Source of the DNA: Fermentimonas sp.
GTDB lineage: Bacteria > Bacteroidota > Bacteroidia > Bacteroidales > Dysgonomonadaceae
Assembly (NCBI GenBank): GCA_033808735.1
Contig: JAPXNA010000009.1
Coordinates: 13,054 to 77,053 of the forward strand
Direction: 5' to 3'
Length of the DNA stretch: 64,000 nucleotides
Part shown: positions 9,550 to 17,775 of the stretch, piece after piece
Layout: each line of letters begins with the position of its first letter
Numbering within the stretch: the stretch's first letter is position 1
Program-made: the position numbers and the translations under genes
The notes under the pieces: generated by a model
Databases searched by the model: none
Seen by the model: only the letters and a program-made list of their open reading frames with translations
Told to the model about the DNA's origin: nothing

Positions 9550-11202
9550 TCATCGCAATTCAATCATCACATTTCGTTCCTCCTGGTGTTTGACCCGTAA
9601 CACACCTCCATTGCCGAGTTTTTCCCATGACCACCCTTCTTCGTTTTTCAACTGGTCATCACGTTTCAAAACTTTACCGTCTACCATCACTTTTTTAGGC
9701 ATATCTGTTAACTTCAAGACTTCCGTAGAGGTAGGCATAAAGGTCCTATAGCCAATTTGATGATCGCTATAATTAATTTCCTGCACGATGGAAGTAGAGC
9801 TCAACAGGTGGTTTTCACCCGCGGGCACCCATTCCGGTACGGCGGCCAACCCATCCATGAAATGCTTGATATAGTCACCATATCCGTCAGAAAACCATGC
9901 CGATGGCCATTCAGGCCCCACGGAAACAAAACCTGATTTGGCGGTACAATAGGTCGCCCAGTTGAAGTTCTCAAACGCCTCGTTCTTATACCAATCTATT
10001 TTGCTATGCGCGTACCACATGGCGCAGACCGATGCGTAACGAGCCGTATGGCTTCCCATCGGTGTCATGCAAAAATATTGTTCGCACTGCGCGTTGTAAC
10101 CCCATGCATTTTGCGTGCCGAATGAAGCATTGCAAAAATGGATAAGCGATGTTACGTTCTCCACGTAATAAGGGTCGTTTTCAGGATATTGTATCAAGTA
10201 ACGTGCCATTTCCATAGGGGTAACCTGTACCCTGTTTCTATTTTCATGATCGTATTGCACATCTTCAAAATACCCTTTCCAGACATAAGACCTCATGGGG
10301 CCATCCCAGTGATACAACCATTTCCACACGTTATCCCTAACTTCTTGATATTTTCCCTGGATTTCACTTCCCAGCTGTATACGACTCTCTACGCGTGCCA
10401 GTTCATCAAACAATTTGATGGCAGGTAACACATTGCTGCAATATTCTTCTGAAATCGTCCCGGTTCGCGCATGGGTTCTGAAAGGCCAGGGAGATTGGTT
10501 GTAGTTACCTTGCCTCACGTTATTAGCCAGGGCATTCGCACAGTTAAGCGCCGCGTCAAGGTAAACCTTTTCTTCGGTTAACTGGTAAAACTGAAGGTAA
10601 GCGACCCCCATTTCACCCACTTTGTCGGGTTCCAAAAACAGGTGTCCGTCACCGCCCCCTTCACCGTAATGGCTGGTCCCTTCAAACTTGGGAACTCCCG
10701 GGTTGCCACTGGCATAGGGACACCCTCCCCATTTCCAATTCTCCAACGGGGTCGTCCCGTTTTCCAACATGAAATCCAAACAACCCCTTACCATGTCCAA
10801 GTATGACCTGTCACCAGTATATTGACTATATTTCATTAAACTTTCCGTCAGTCCCGCGAAAACACAGGCTGGATTATTGGCTGACCCTCTCCCGTGATAC
10901 GTCTTCTCACCGTTCTCTGGCCCGTTAAATGCTGAGTAAAGATAATATTGTTTTAAGCCTGTCTTTTCATCTTCAGGCAAAATATCCCGCAAGAACTCCG
11001 AGGCCAACTTGACCACATGCGCGTAGGCAGCACCTTCAACATCAGGCTTATACCATGGAACCACCTGATTTTTTGCATTTAAGATCAAGTCATGGGTACA
11101 CAACGTATCCGGTAACTCTTTTCCCGCGGCACTTGTCTGCAAGCTGCATAATACCATTAAAATCACCAAACAAGAAAAGTGAAAAAATTTCGTCGCCTTC
11201 AT
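9550..11202 (-). CDS. Secreted hypothetical protein, possibly an (alpha/alpha)6-type glycan-active enzyme
   Basis: 550-aa ORF with a clear signal peptide (MKATKFFHFSCLVILMVLCSLQTSAAG) and a helix-rich, Trp/Tyr-rich body. I recognise no family motif. The fold guess is inference only. Confidence 0.6.
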   Translation of the reverse strand: MKATKFFHFSCLVILMVLCSLQTSAAGKELPDTLCTHDLILNAKNQVVPWYKPDVEGAAYAHVVKLASEFLRDILPEDEKTGLKQYYLYSAFNGPENGEKTYHGRGSANNPACVFAGLTESLMKYSQYTGDRSYLDMVRGCLDFMLENGTTPLENWKWGGCPYASGNPGVPKFEGTSHYGEGGGDGHLFLEPDKVGEMGVAYLQFYQLTEEKVYLDAALNCANALANNVRQGNYNQSPWPFRTHARTGTISEEYCSNVLPAIKLFDELARVESRIQLGSEIQGKYQEVRDNVWKWLYHWDGPMRSYVWKGYFEDVQYDHENRNRVQVTPMEMARYLIQYPENDPYYVENVTSLIHFCNASFGTQNAWGYNAQCEQYFCMTPMGSHTARYASVCAMWYAHSKIDWYKNEAFENFNWATYCTAKSGFVSVGPEWPSAWFSDGYGDYIKHFMDGLAAVPEWVPAGENHLLSSTSIVQEINYSDHQIGYRTFMPTSTEVLKLTDMPKKVMVDGKVLKRDDQLKNEEGWSWEKLGNGGVLRVKHQEERNVMIELR

Positions 11203-11261
11203 ATTAGTTACTATCTATTGAATGTTATTTGTATTTCTGTTTAATCCCTATTTACTTCCCA

Positions 11262-12011
11262 TTAAAGACTTATCCCGAAGACAAAAAAGGCATCCTCTTT
11301 GGCCGGATTGATGATGATGTGTCCAAAAACGTCAAACGAGTAATTATCCGTAATTGAGATGGATCGGGTTGCCCTTAAAGAGATGTCAACCACCGCAAAG
11401 CCATCGGTCGCGTAGGGGTACCCGCCCGTATGTTGTGCCATACTCCTCCACGGGCTGCACCCGATAACTGCATCGAGCCCTATTTCAGCAATTTCAAATG
11501 AATAGGTTGCCTCAATGTAGGTTGAATACGCGTTCTTCATCTCTCCATTGACATCCATATATTTATCAGCGCCTGCAAACATTGTATTCCAGGATAACTT
11601 TAAAGGAACCCGGTTAAATCGATAATCGAGGTTGAGCTCCAGGTAATGTGTTTTTTCGAAGTCAAACAAATTGAATCTCTTCTCATTGGAAATCCAATAA
11701 TCGCTCAACCCTACCGTTAACCCGTCAAAAGTATACCGAAGCATCAAGTCAAGCTCTTTATCATCTCCACGGGCAATGTCGGAGTTACCCCAAGTATTAA
11801 TCTGAAAATCACCGAAGGTCAAGTTCACCATCGGTTGAATGCTGGCTCCGGTCACATATTGTCCCCTCCATACGTAAGCATTTACAATATCCGCGTTAAC
11901 CGTAACCTTACCCCTACCCTCCGCTTGTAAGGGAAAGAAAAACAGGAAACAGGCGAGCAACAGGCATGTGCATGTTCCTTCTGGACAGATGATATTTCGT
12001 TTATTATGCAT
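11262..12011 (-). CDS. TorF/Gcw_chp-like small outer-membrane beta-barrel
   Basis: 249 aa with a hydrophobic signal. VNAYVWRGQYVTGASIQP...TWGNSD resembles the SDYvfRG...P.vQ pattern of the TorF family. Alternating strand pattern throughout. Confidence 0.5.
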   Translation of the reverse strand: MHNKRNIICPEGTCTCLLLACFLFFFPLQAEGRGKVTVNADIVNAYVWRGQYVTGASIQPMVNLTFGDFQINTWGNSDIARGDDKELDLMLRYTFDGLTVGLSDYWISNEKRFNLFDFEKTHYLELNLDYRFNRVPLKLSWNTMFAGADKYMDVNGEMKNAYSTYIEATYSFEIAEIGLDAVIGCSPWRSMAQHTGGYPYATDGFAVVDISLRATRSISITDNYSFDVFGHIIINPAKEDAFFVFGISL

Positions 12012-12031
12012 ACTATCAACTGCTTAAGACC

Positions 12032-13717
12032 TTATCGTACCGAAAGCATATGTGCCGGGATAAACCCTTTCGACTCCCCATTTACCTCGTAATAGAGGTC
12101 GAAGTATCCACGATCAGTTGAGGAGAAGAACTCAACCTGGATAGGGTACTTCCCTTTAGCTAATTTAATGGATCCGACAATGTTCGCTCCATCATCCAAG
12201 CTGATACGCTCTAGAACTCTTTGGTTATTTATTAACACCCTGTATCCTCCATGCGCCCAAACACGAAATGTATACTCCGCGTCTTCATCAATTTCGATCC
12301 ATCCGTCAAGGCGAACCCCGTAATCGGTGGGGTATTGTTCACGAAGTTTATTAATACCTGGGAACGCGACCTCTTTGAACCCTATTTCGTAACATACCCC
12401 TTTGGCCACAGGTCTCCCGGATTGCAATGCAGGCAGGGTCTTTTCACCGGGGAGGTGATAAAACGCGTAGTTTAAACCATCTCCCTCCTTGCTGTACGCG
12501 ACCCTGTATGGAGCCGTTATGGTCGGGCTCTCACCTTCATCGCCATATATTTTTGCTTTTACTATGGCCGAGTGCTCCAGGACAAAAGGTGCGGAATAAA
12601 CGGGTGACTCCCTAACCGGCATCGTGCCGTCGGTCGTGTAGTGAATCTCTCCTTCTACCCCTAGCGGTTTCTTTATCACCACTTCAACCCCTTGATCGAC
12701 CGCAAGCTCACCATAATACGTGCTGATCTCCTTGCCGATGAAAACGGGTGGAGGCAACACCTCCGTACCTTTATACAGGTTCTTGGGCTCGTTAAAGCCC
12801 GTGTAAGCCGCTTTAACGGGGCGTCCAACCCAAACTTGAGGTGCTTCCAGGCCTAACGCGAAAATCACATCAGCAGCCACATCGTACCTGTATATTTGCT
12901 GTTGAATATGGTAGTTTTTCTTAATCCCTTTTCCCGAGTAAATGATTGGTGTGGTAAACTCTTCGTAAGTGTATCCACCGTGGGCATAAAAAATACCGCC
13001 ATGGTCAGAAACCACCATGATCATGGTTTTATCACTGATGCCGGCATCCTTAACCGCGTTTACAATGGTTCTCACGTCATTATCGGTTTCACCGATAAAG
13101 TCCACGTACTCAGGTGACATATGTCCCTTGGAGTGTCCAAAGCTATCTACTCTATCCAGATGAATGAAAAGGAAGTTGGGTTTTTTCTCAAGAATATATT
13201 CGGCTGCCTTCTCCGCGATTTCCCGTTGCGAAGAGTAGGCCTCGAACTTATCAATAAGTTCCGTTTCCAACATCCTTTCAAATCCTCCCCACTCGTAAAT
13301 GGCACCCGTTTCTGCTTCGGGCATCTGCTCACGAATAACGCTGAACACGTTGGGGAAAACCCGGTTTTCAGACATGGCTACCGGCGGATAATCGTCGAAG
13401 TGCCTATTCCAGCTGTTGCTGGTTACCCCGGTGATTTCAGGGCCTGCACCATTCACCATAGCGGCCCAGTTTGGTAAGCTCACCGTGGGAATGACTGAGC
13501 GAACCTTATAGTTAAAGGCACCGTTTTGCATCAAGCTGTCCATGCAGGGCGTGTTGGCTTCCAATAAACCCTGTACGCTCATGCCGTCTATTCCAATCAC
13601 GATCACATGTTTTATCCCTTTGGGATACTTTTGCTGACAACTTAGTGTCAAAACAGCTAGCGCACCTGTTACAAGGGTGTAAAGTAAAATTTTCAAACTA
13701 CATTTTTTCACGATCAC
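12032..13717 (-). CDS. Alkaline-phosphatase-superfamily nucleotide pyrophosphatase/phosphodiesterase with C-terminal PA14-like module
   Basis: 561 aa with GTG start and a lipoprotein-like signal (...LTLSCQQ). NPP motifs VIGIDGMS, HLDRVDSFGHSKGH, VVSDHGG. C-terminal YGVRLDGWIEIDEDAEYTFRVWAHGGYRVLINN looks PA14-like. Confidence 0.8.
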   Translation of the reverse strand: MIVKKCSLKILLYTLVTGALAVLTLSCQQKYPKGIKHVIVIGIDGMSVQGLLEANTPCMDSLMQNGAFNYKVRSVIPTVSLPNWAAMVNGAGPEITGVTSNSWNRHFDDYPPVAMSENRVFPNVFSVIREQMPEAETGAIYEWGGFERMLETELIDKFEAYSSQREIAEKAAEYILEKKPNFLFIHLDRVDSFGHSKGHMSPEYVDFIGETDNDVRTIVNAVKDAGISDKTMIMVVSDHGGIFYAHGGYTYEEFTTPIIYSGKGIKKNYHIQQQIYRYDVAADVIFALGLEAPQVWVGRPVKAAYTGFNEPKNLYKGTEVLPPPVFIGKEISTYYGELAVDQGVEVVIKKPLGVEGEIHYTTDGTMPVRESPVYSAPFVLEHSAIVKAKIYGDEGESPTITAPYRVAYSKEGDGLNYAFYHLPGEKTLPALQSGRPVAKGVCYEIGFKEVAFPGINKLREQYPTDYGVRLDGWIEIDEDAEYTFRVWAHGGYRVLINNQRVLERISLDDGANIVGSIKLAKGKYPIQVEFFSSTDRGYFDLYYEVNGESKGFIPAHMLSVR

Positions 13718-13752
13718 GTAACAATTATTTATTGAGTAATTAATCTGAATAG

Positions 13753-14331
13753 TTAATTCACGAACAGCTTATGTTCAATCAATTGAATCATAATATGAAT
13801 CACCTTTATATGAATTTCCTGTATCCTATCTGAATAGTTGGTCCTTGGAGCACAGATCGAGAGATCCGACTTGGTTCGCAGTAAATTTTCCGAATCACAA
13901 GTCAAGCCGATAACGATCATTCCCTTTTTCTTCGCCGACTCACATGCCTTTAAGATGTTTTCAGAGTTTCCACTGGTACTAATCGCCAGGAGGATGTCTC
14001 CCTCTTGTCCAATGGCATCAACAAAACGGCTATAAATCTCCAAAAAGGAGTAGTCATTCCCTACGCAGGTAATATGCGCGGCATCATTAATCGCGATGGC
14101 GGGTAGTGGGATCCTGTCACTTCTAAACCTCCCCGTTAACTCTTCGGCGAAATGAGAAGCATCGCACAATGAACCTCCATTTCCGCAACAAATAACTTTG
14201 TTGCCGTTTTGTAAAGCTTTGGAAATAAGCGTTGCTCCGGTATTAATGGCTTGCAAGTTGGTCTCTTTAGCCATAAATTCCCGAAGGGAGTCAAGGGCTT
14301 CTTGCAAACTTTCTTTCACGATTACATTCAT
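13753..14331 (-). CDS. gmhA: D-sedoheptulose-7-phosphate isomerase (SIS domain)
   Basis: 192 aa. Matches E. coli GmhA along its whole length from memory: CCGNGGSLCDASHFAEELTGRF, ISTSGNS, SDRIQEIHIKVIHIMIQLIE. No signal peptide. Confidence 0.9.
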   Translation of the reverse strand: MNVIVKESLQEALDSLREFMAKETNLQAINTGATLISKALQNGNKVICCGNGGSLCDASHFAEELTGRFRSDRIPLPAIAINDAAHITCVGNDYSFLEIYSRFVDAIGQEGDILLAISTSGNSENILKACESAKKKGMIVIGLTCDSENLLRTKSDLSICAPRTNYSDRIQEIHIKVIHIMIQLIEHKLFVN

Positions 14332-14404
14332 ACGATTATTTTATTCTTTTACATTTCAGTGTATGGAACCGACATGATTATTTTAATCATGTCGGTTTCA
14401 TAGT
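14329..14404 (-). repeat. Leader-repeat A element plus perfect 12-bp-stem hairpin, containing the gmhA start codon
   Basis: catacgattattttattcttttacatttcagtgtatggaac followed by CCGACATGATTA-ttt-TAATCATGTCGG (14369-14395), then tttcat. Confidence 0.9.
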
Positions 14405-14405
14405 A

Positions 14406-15389
14406 TCAATTGTTTATTAAATTACTTGCAATAGAGATCGCGGCATAATCTCCTATGCTTTCTCCCAGTTGAGCAGGTTTAATCTGGCAAACTGCCAGGG
14501 AGTTACTCAAGGCCTCCTCCTTTAATACTCTTTCAACGATTGGAAAAAACAGCGTGGTGTTTCGAGCGTAGATACTACCGATAACAATACACTCTGGATT
14601 CAGGATATCAATCAGCAACGAAAGTCCTCTGCCCAGATAGGTTGCCGAGGTCTCGATAATTTTCCTGGCCAGCGGGTCATTTTTATGAGCTTGTTCGGCA
14701 ACCATTTGTGCCGAAACCTGATGTATATCTTCATATGCACACCAAGCTACACCTTTCCCTTGTTGATGTTGTTCTGTCAACATGGCCTTTGCAATCTGAG
14801 CTATTCCCCCACCGCTGGCAAACCCCTCGAAAGAACCCTGTTTCCCGTAACCCACGGGACCAAACTCTGACAACCTCACGTGTCCCACTTCACCGGCATT
14901 ATCATTAGTCCCGGAGTAGAGTTTCCCGTTTAGGATGAGTCCGGCTCCCAGTCCGGTTCCAAAGGTTAAAAAAATCATGTTTTTGGTGCCAACCCCGGCT
15001 CCAAACTTCCATTCTGCCACGGCACAAGCATTGGCATCGTTCTGGATGGCGCAAGGGAGCGAGTATCTCTTTTTCACCATATCCACTATGGGAATGTTAT
15101 CCCAGCCCGGAAGGTTTGGAGGGGACATGACTATGCCGCGTTCGCTGTCAAGAGGTCCCCCACAGCTAATCCCTATAGCGGAAATCTCGTCTGTTTTTAA
15201 CTCGTTTCGATCAATCATTTCATCTAAATAAGAAAAGATCTCATTGATCGTTTGCTTTACCTGGGTGGTCTCAAACTGGGATTTATCGACGATTTCTATC
15301 CTGTTCTCCTCCTTCTCGCGCGCATATATTACTGCTGTCTTCGTCCCCCCAATATCAATTCCTAAAAATTTTCTCATCATTACACGCAT
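14406..15389 (-). CDS. ROK-family sugar kinase
   Basis: 327 aa. FLGIDIGGTKTA phosphate-1 motif and AGEVGHVRL ROK signature. The usual CxCGxxGC zinc motif is replaced by GPVGYGKQGSFE. Start is ambiguous among Met at 15389, 15380 and 15377. Confidence 0.85.
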   Translation of the reverse strand: MRVMMRKFLGIDIGGTKTAVIYAREKEENRIEIVDKSQFETTQVKQTINEIFSYLDEMIDRNELKTDEISAIGISCGGPLDSERGIVMSPPNLPGWDNIPIVDMVKKRYSLPCAIQNDANACAVAEWKFGAGVGTKNMIFLTFGTGLGAGLILNGKLYSGTNDNAGEVGHVRLSEFGPVGYGKQGSFEGFASGGGIAQIAKAMLTEQHQQGKGVAWCAYEDIHQVSAQMVAEQAHKNDPLARKIIETSATYLGRGLSLLIDILNPECIVIGSIYARNTTLFFPIVERVLKEEALSNSLAVCQIKPAQLGESIGDYAAISIASNLINN

Positions 15390-15418
15390 TTATATACTGT
15401 CAATTTCCAACCAACGTT

Positions 15419-16438
15419 TTAATCGTTAAAATAGAACGTACAAGGCAAAACCAAGTTCTGAAGCTCGCTTGGTTCATCTGCATTTTTCTTCGTTTCGATA
15501 TCTTTCAACACGATATTCACGGCATTCTCCCCGATTTCTTTTACCGGCATTTCTGCCACATGAATGTTTGGGGCCAGTATCTCAAAGGTTGAGACGCTAT
15601 GAATGCAGGCTAACCCAAATCTCTCGTTGAAGTTTATCCCTTTTTTATGAAAATACAAAAAAGCCTCCAAGGCTAAAATATGTGTTGTGAAGAAAAACCC
15701 ATCCACATCGGGCTCTTTTTCAAAAATAGCATCAAGGGTATTAACCACATTCTGCTCGTAGTTTTCGTAAGCAACACACCCGATAAGATTTGGATTAATG
15801 GCTACACCTGCCCTCTCTAAAGCCTGCTTATAGCCATCCACCCTGAAACACATGGTTGTGAGGTGAGGGTTGGTGGTTATAATGGCTATCTTTCGACATC
15901 CTGTTTCTATTAGATGGCTTACCAGCTTGAAGCTGCTCTCCTTATTATCAACAATGATCGAGCTCATTTCCAATTCCGGGAAAAAACGGTCGAAAGTGAC
16001 TATCGGGAATCGCTCATTGATTAATTTCATTATTTCGTTTGTCGATTGTTTGGTTGGAGCAATGATTATCCCGTCCACTCCTTTCGACCTGAATGTGCGA
16101 AGCAGGTTTTCTTCTTTATCCGGTTTAGATTCGGAACTTGCGATCATCAGGGAATAACCATTATTACTCGCGTTTCGCTCAATCTCCCGAGCAATCGATG
16201 AATAGAAAAAGTCGGAAATTGAAGGAATAATCAAACCCAACGTTTTTGTTTTCCCAAGGTTCAAGCTACGGGCTATAAGGTTGGGTTGATAATTCATCTC
16301 AACGGCACACTTCATCACTAAATCCTGCGTGGGTTTACTGATACCCCTTCTATCACCGTTACCTGTCAACACCCATGAAACGGTCGTTTGGGACAAATTC
16401 AGCTTCTCGGCAATATCTTTTAGCGAAGTTCTCTTCAT
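15419..16438 (-). CDS. LacI-family transcriptional regulator
   Basis: N-terminal HTH MKRTSLKDIAEKLNLSQTTVSWVLTG...NYQPNLIARSL followed by a periplasmic-binding-protein-like sugar-binding core. The track ORF begins at a GTG at 16444; the ATG at 16438 is more likely. Confidence 0.9.
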   Translation of the reverse strand: MKRTSLKDIAEKLNLSQTTVSWVLTGNGDRRGISKPTQDLVMKCAVEMNYQPNLIARSLNLGKTKTLGLIIPSISDFFYSSIAREIERNASNNGYSLMIASSESKPDKEENLLRTFRSKGVDGIIIAPTKQSTNEIMKLINERFPIVTFDRFFPELEMSSIIVDNKESSFKLVSHLIETGCRKIAIITTNPHLTTMCFRVDGYKQALERAGVAINPNLIGCVAYENYEQNVVNTLDAIFEKEPDVDGFFFTTHILALEAFLYFHKKGINFNERFGLACIHSVSTFEILAPNIHVAEMPVKEIGENAVNIVLKDIETKKNADEPSELQNLVLPCTFYFND

Positions 16439-16506
16439 GCTCACGGCTCATTTGGTGAATTGTGTGAAAAATCAGGTCATTACTTTAACGCTAAAGTTCA
16501 ATGAAA

Positions 16507-16514
16507 CAAATATA
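16507..16514 (-). promoter_or_regulatory. Candidate -7 box TATATTTG for the LacI-family gene
   Basis: The + strand caaatata is TAnnTTTG on the gene strand, about 65 nt upstream of the ATG at 16438. Confidence 0.45.
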
Positions 16515-16517
16515 GGG

Positions 16518-16544
16518 AAATGTTTCATGAAAAAAGAAACATTT
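16518..16544. promoter_or_regulatory. Inverted repeat AAATGTTTC-N9-GAAACATTT with nested palindrome TTTCATGAAA; candidate operator (or weak terminator)
   Basis: Read directly. It abuts the candidate -7 box of the LacI-family gene. Confidence 0.4.
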
Positions 16545-16608
16545 AGCTACTTTTCGCACCTTCTCATGTATACCTTGTCATTTCTCCATTATTCACAACC
16601 CTGAGCGT

Positions 16609-17727
16609 TTAAGGGTAAGGACGATACTTAGGGTCATCTGAAGTAAATGAATGAGGGATGGTGATCCTGTAAAGAAACCTACCCGTTTCCAATCGTACCC
16701 AGGTATCGAACACCTCTTCAGACTCGGTCAACTCAATAACGCGCGCACCTCTGCAAAGAGCATGATAAGCATTGAGCCCGCCGGAATAATGGCCATAAGC
16801 AAGTGCGATACCTTGATGAAGGACTACGTATGAATTATCATGGTCATGACCAACAAAGACACCCTTGACATCGCCACACTCCAGGAAGGCAGAAAAAAGG
16901 CCTGAATTGTATGCGCCCACGCCTTCACCGCTATCCATTCGCCAGCCCAATATTTTCGCGTTAGGAGCAGTGGCTGCTATTCTGTACTCATGCAGCGGAA
17001 TGTGAAAGAAAGCGATAGCCGGATACGGTACCCCGTTGTTTCCCTTGGTAAGCTCTGTGCTTTGCCTTACGTACCAGGCTATCTGGTTGCTTCGTATCCA
17101 GTCATCTTTGTTTGCCAAATTAGGCAAATTATGATAATCGTTTGAATCGAAAAGGTAAAGGATGTTGGCTTTCTCGTTTGGGTTGTCTGACTTATAGATA
17201 GGTATCACCTGGTTCGTGTACCCGTACACTTCCTCAACCGATTCCTTTTTGGGCTCATTAAGACACCCTTTTAATCCGGTCACGATCTCATAGATCTTAT
17301 CTCGTGTCACCTTGCCTTCAGCATCGTGGTTCCCTAGCGTGACGGCAAAAGGGATGTTTCGAGAAGAAGCGATACCGGTAACTTTTTCCCAGAGAGCCTT
17401 AGGGTTCTCATCGCTCGTAACGATGTCACCTGTATACATCACCAAGTCGGGCTTTTCGATATCCAGGATTCGGTTCATGATATCGTAAGCATGATCGGTT
17501 TCCCCCTTTTTCTCGATGGCATGTACATCCGTGAATTGAACGATTTTGAACTTTCCCTCCTTATTGAAAAAGAGTTTTTTTCTCGTCGAATCAACACGGC
17601 TTTGCTCTCCGGTCACATATGGAGACAGCGTCTGGGATGATACCACTGAGGATGAAAGCCCCAGGGCACCGGCCGCTAATGCCGTTTTCTTGATAAAGCC
17701 CCTTCTGTCTAACTCATTATTATTCAT
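16609..17727 (-). CDS. Twin-arginine exported calcineurin-like metallophosphoesterase
   Basis: 372 aa. TAT signal DRRGFIKKTALAAGALG. Motifs FTDVH, TGDIV, GNHD, GHDHDNSY. The start codon lies inside a leader-repeat copy. Confidence 0.85.
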   Translation of the reverse strand: MNNNELDRRGFIKKTALAAGALGLSSSVVSSQTLSPYVTGEQSRVDSTRKKLFFNKEGKFKIVQFTDVHAIEKKGETDHAYDIMNRILDIEKPDLVMYTGDIVTSDENPKALWEKVTGIASSRNIPFAVTLGNHDAEGKVTRDKIYEIVTGLKGCLNEPKKESVEEVYGYTNQVIPIYKSDNPNEKANILYLFDSNDYHNLPNLANKDDWIRSNQIAWYVRQSTELTKGNNGVPYPAIAFFHIPLHEYRIAATAPNAKILGWRMDSGEGVGAYNSGLFSAFLECGDVKGVFVGHDHDNSYVVLHQGIALAYGHYSGGLNAYHALCRGARVIELTESEEVFDTWVRLETGRFLYRITIPHSFTSDDPKYRPYP

Positions 17728-17763
17728 ACGATTATTTTATCTTTTTTGTATCGGTGTATCGTG
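17725..17763 (-). repeat. Leader-repeat A element containing the metallophosphoesterase start codon
   Basis: catacgattattttatcttttttgtatcggtgtatcgtgc. Confidence 0.8.
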
Positions 17764-17775
17764 CTAAATTTGCTT

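Noticed and set aside
14329-14370. The leader repeat as a small riboswitch (for example preQ1-like) or as the promoter itself
   Set aside because: I found no match to preQ1 or other small riboswitch consensus sequences. The consensus has no TAnnTTTG on the gene strand; only the diverged copy at 9311-9318 has one. The genes it precedes have no common metabolite.
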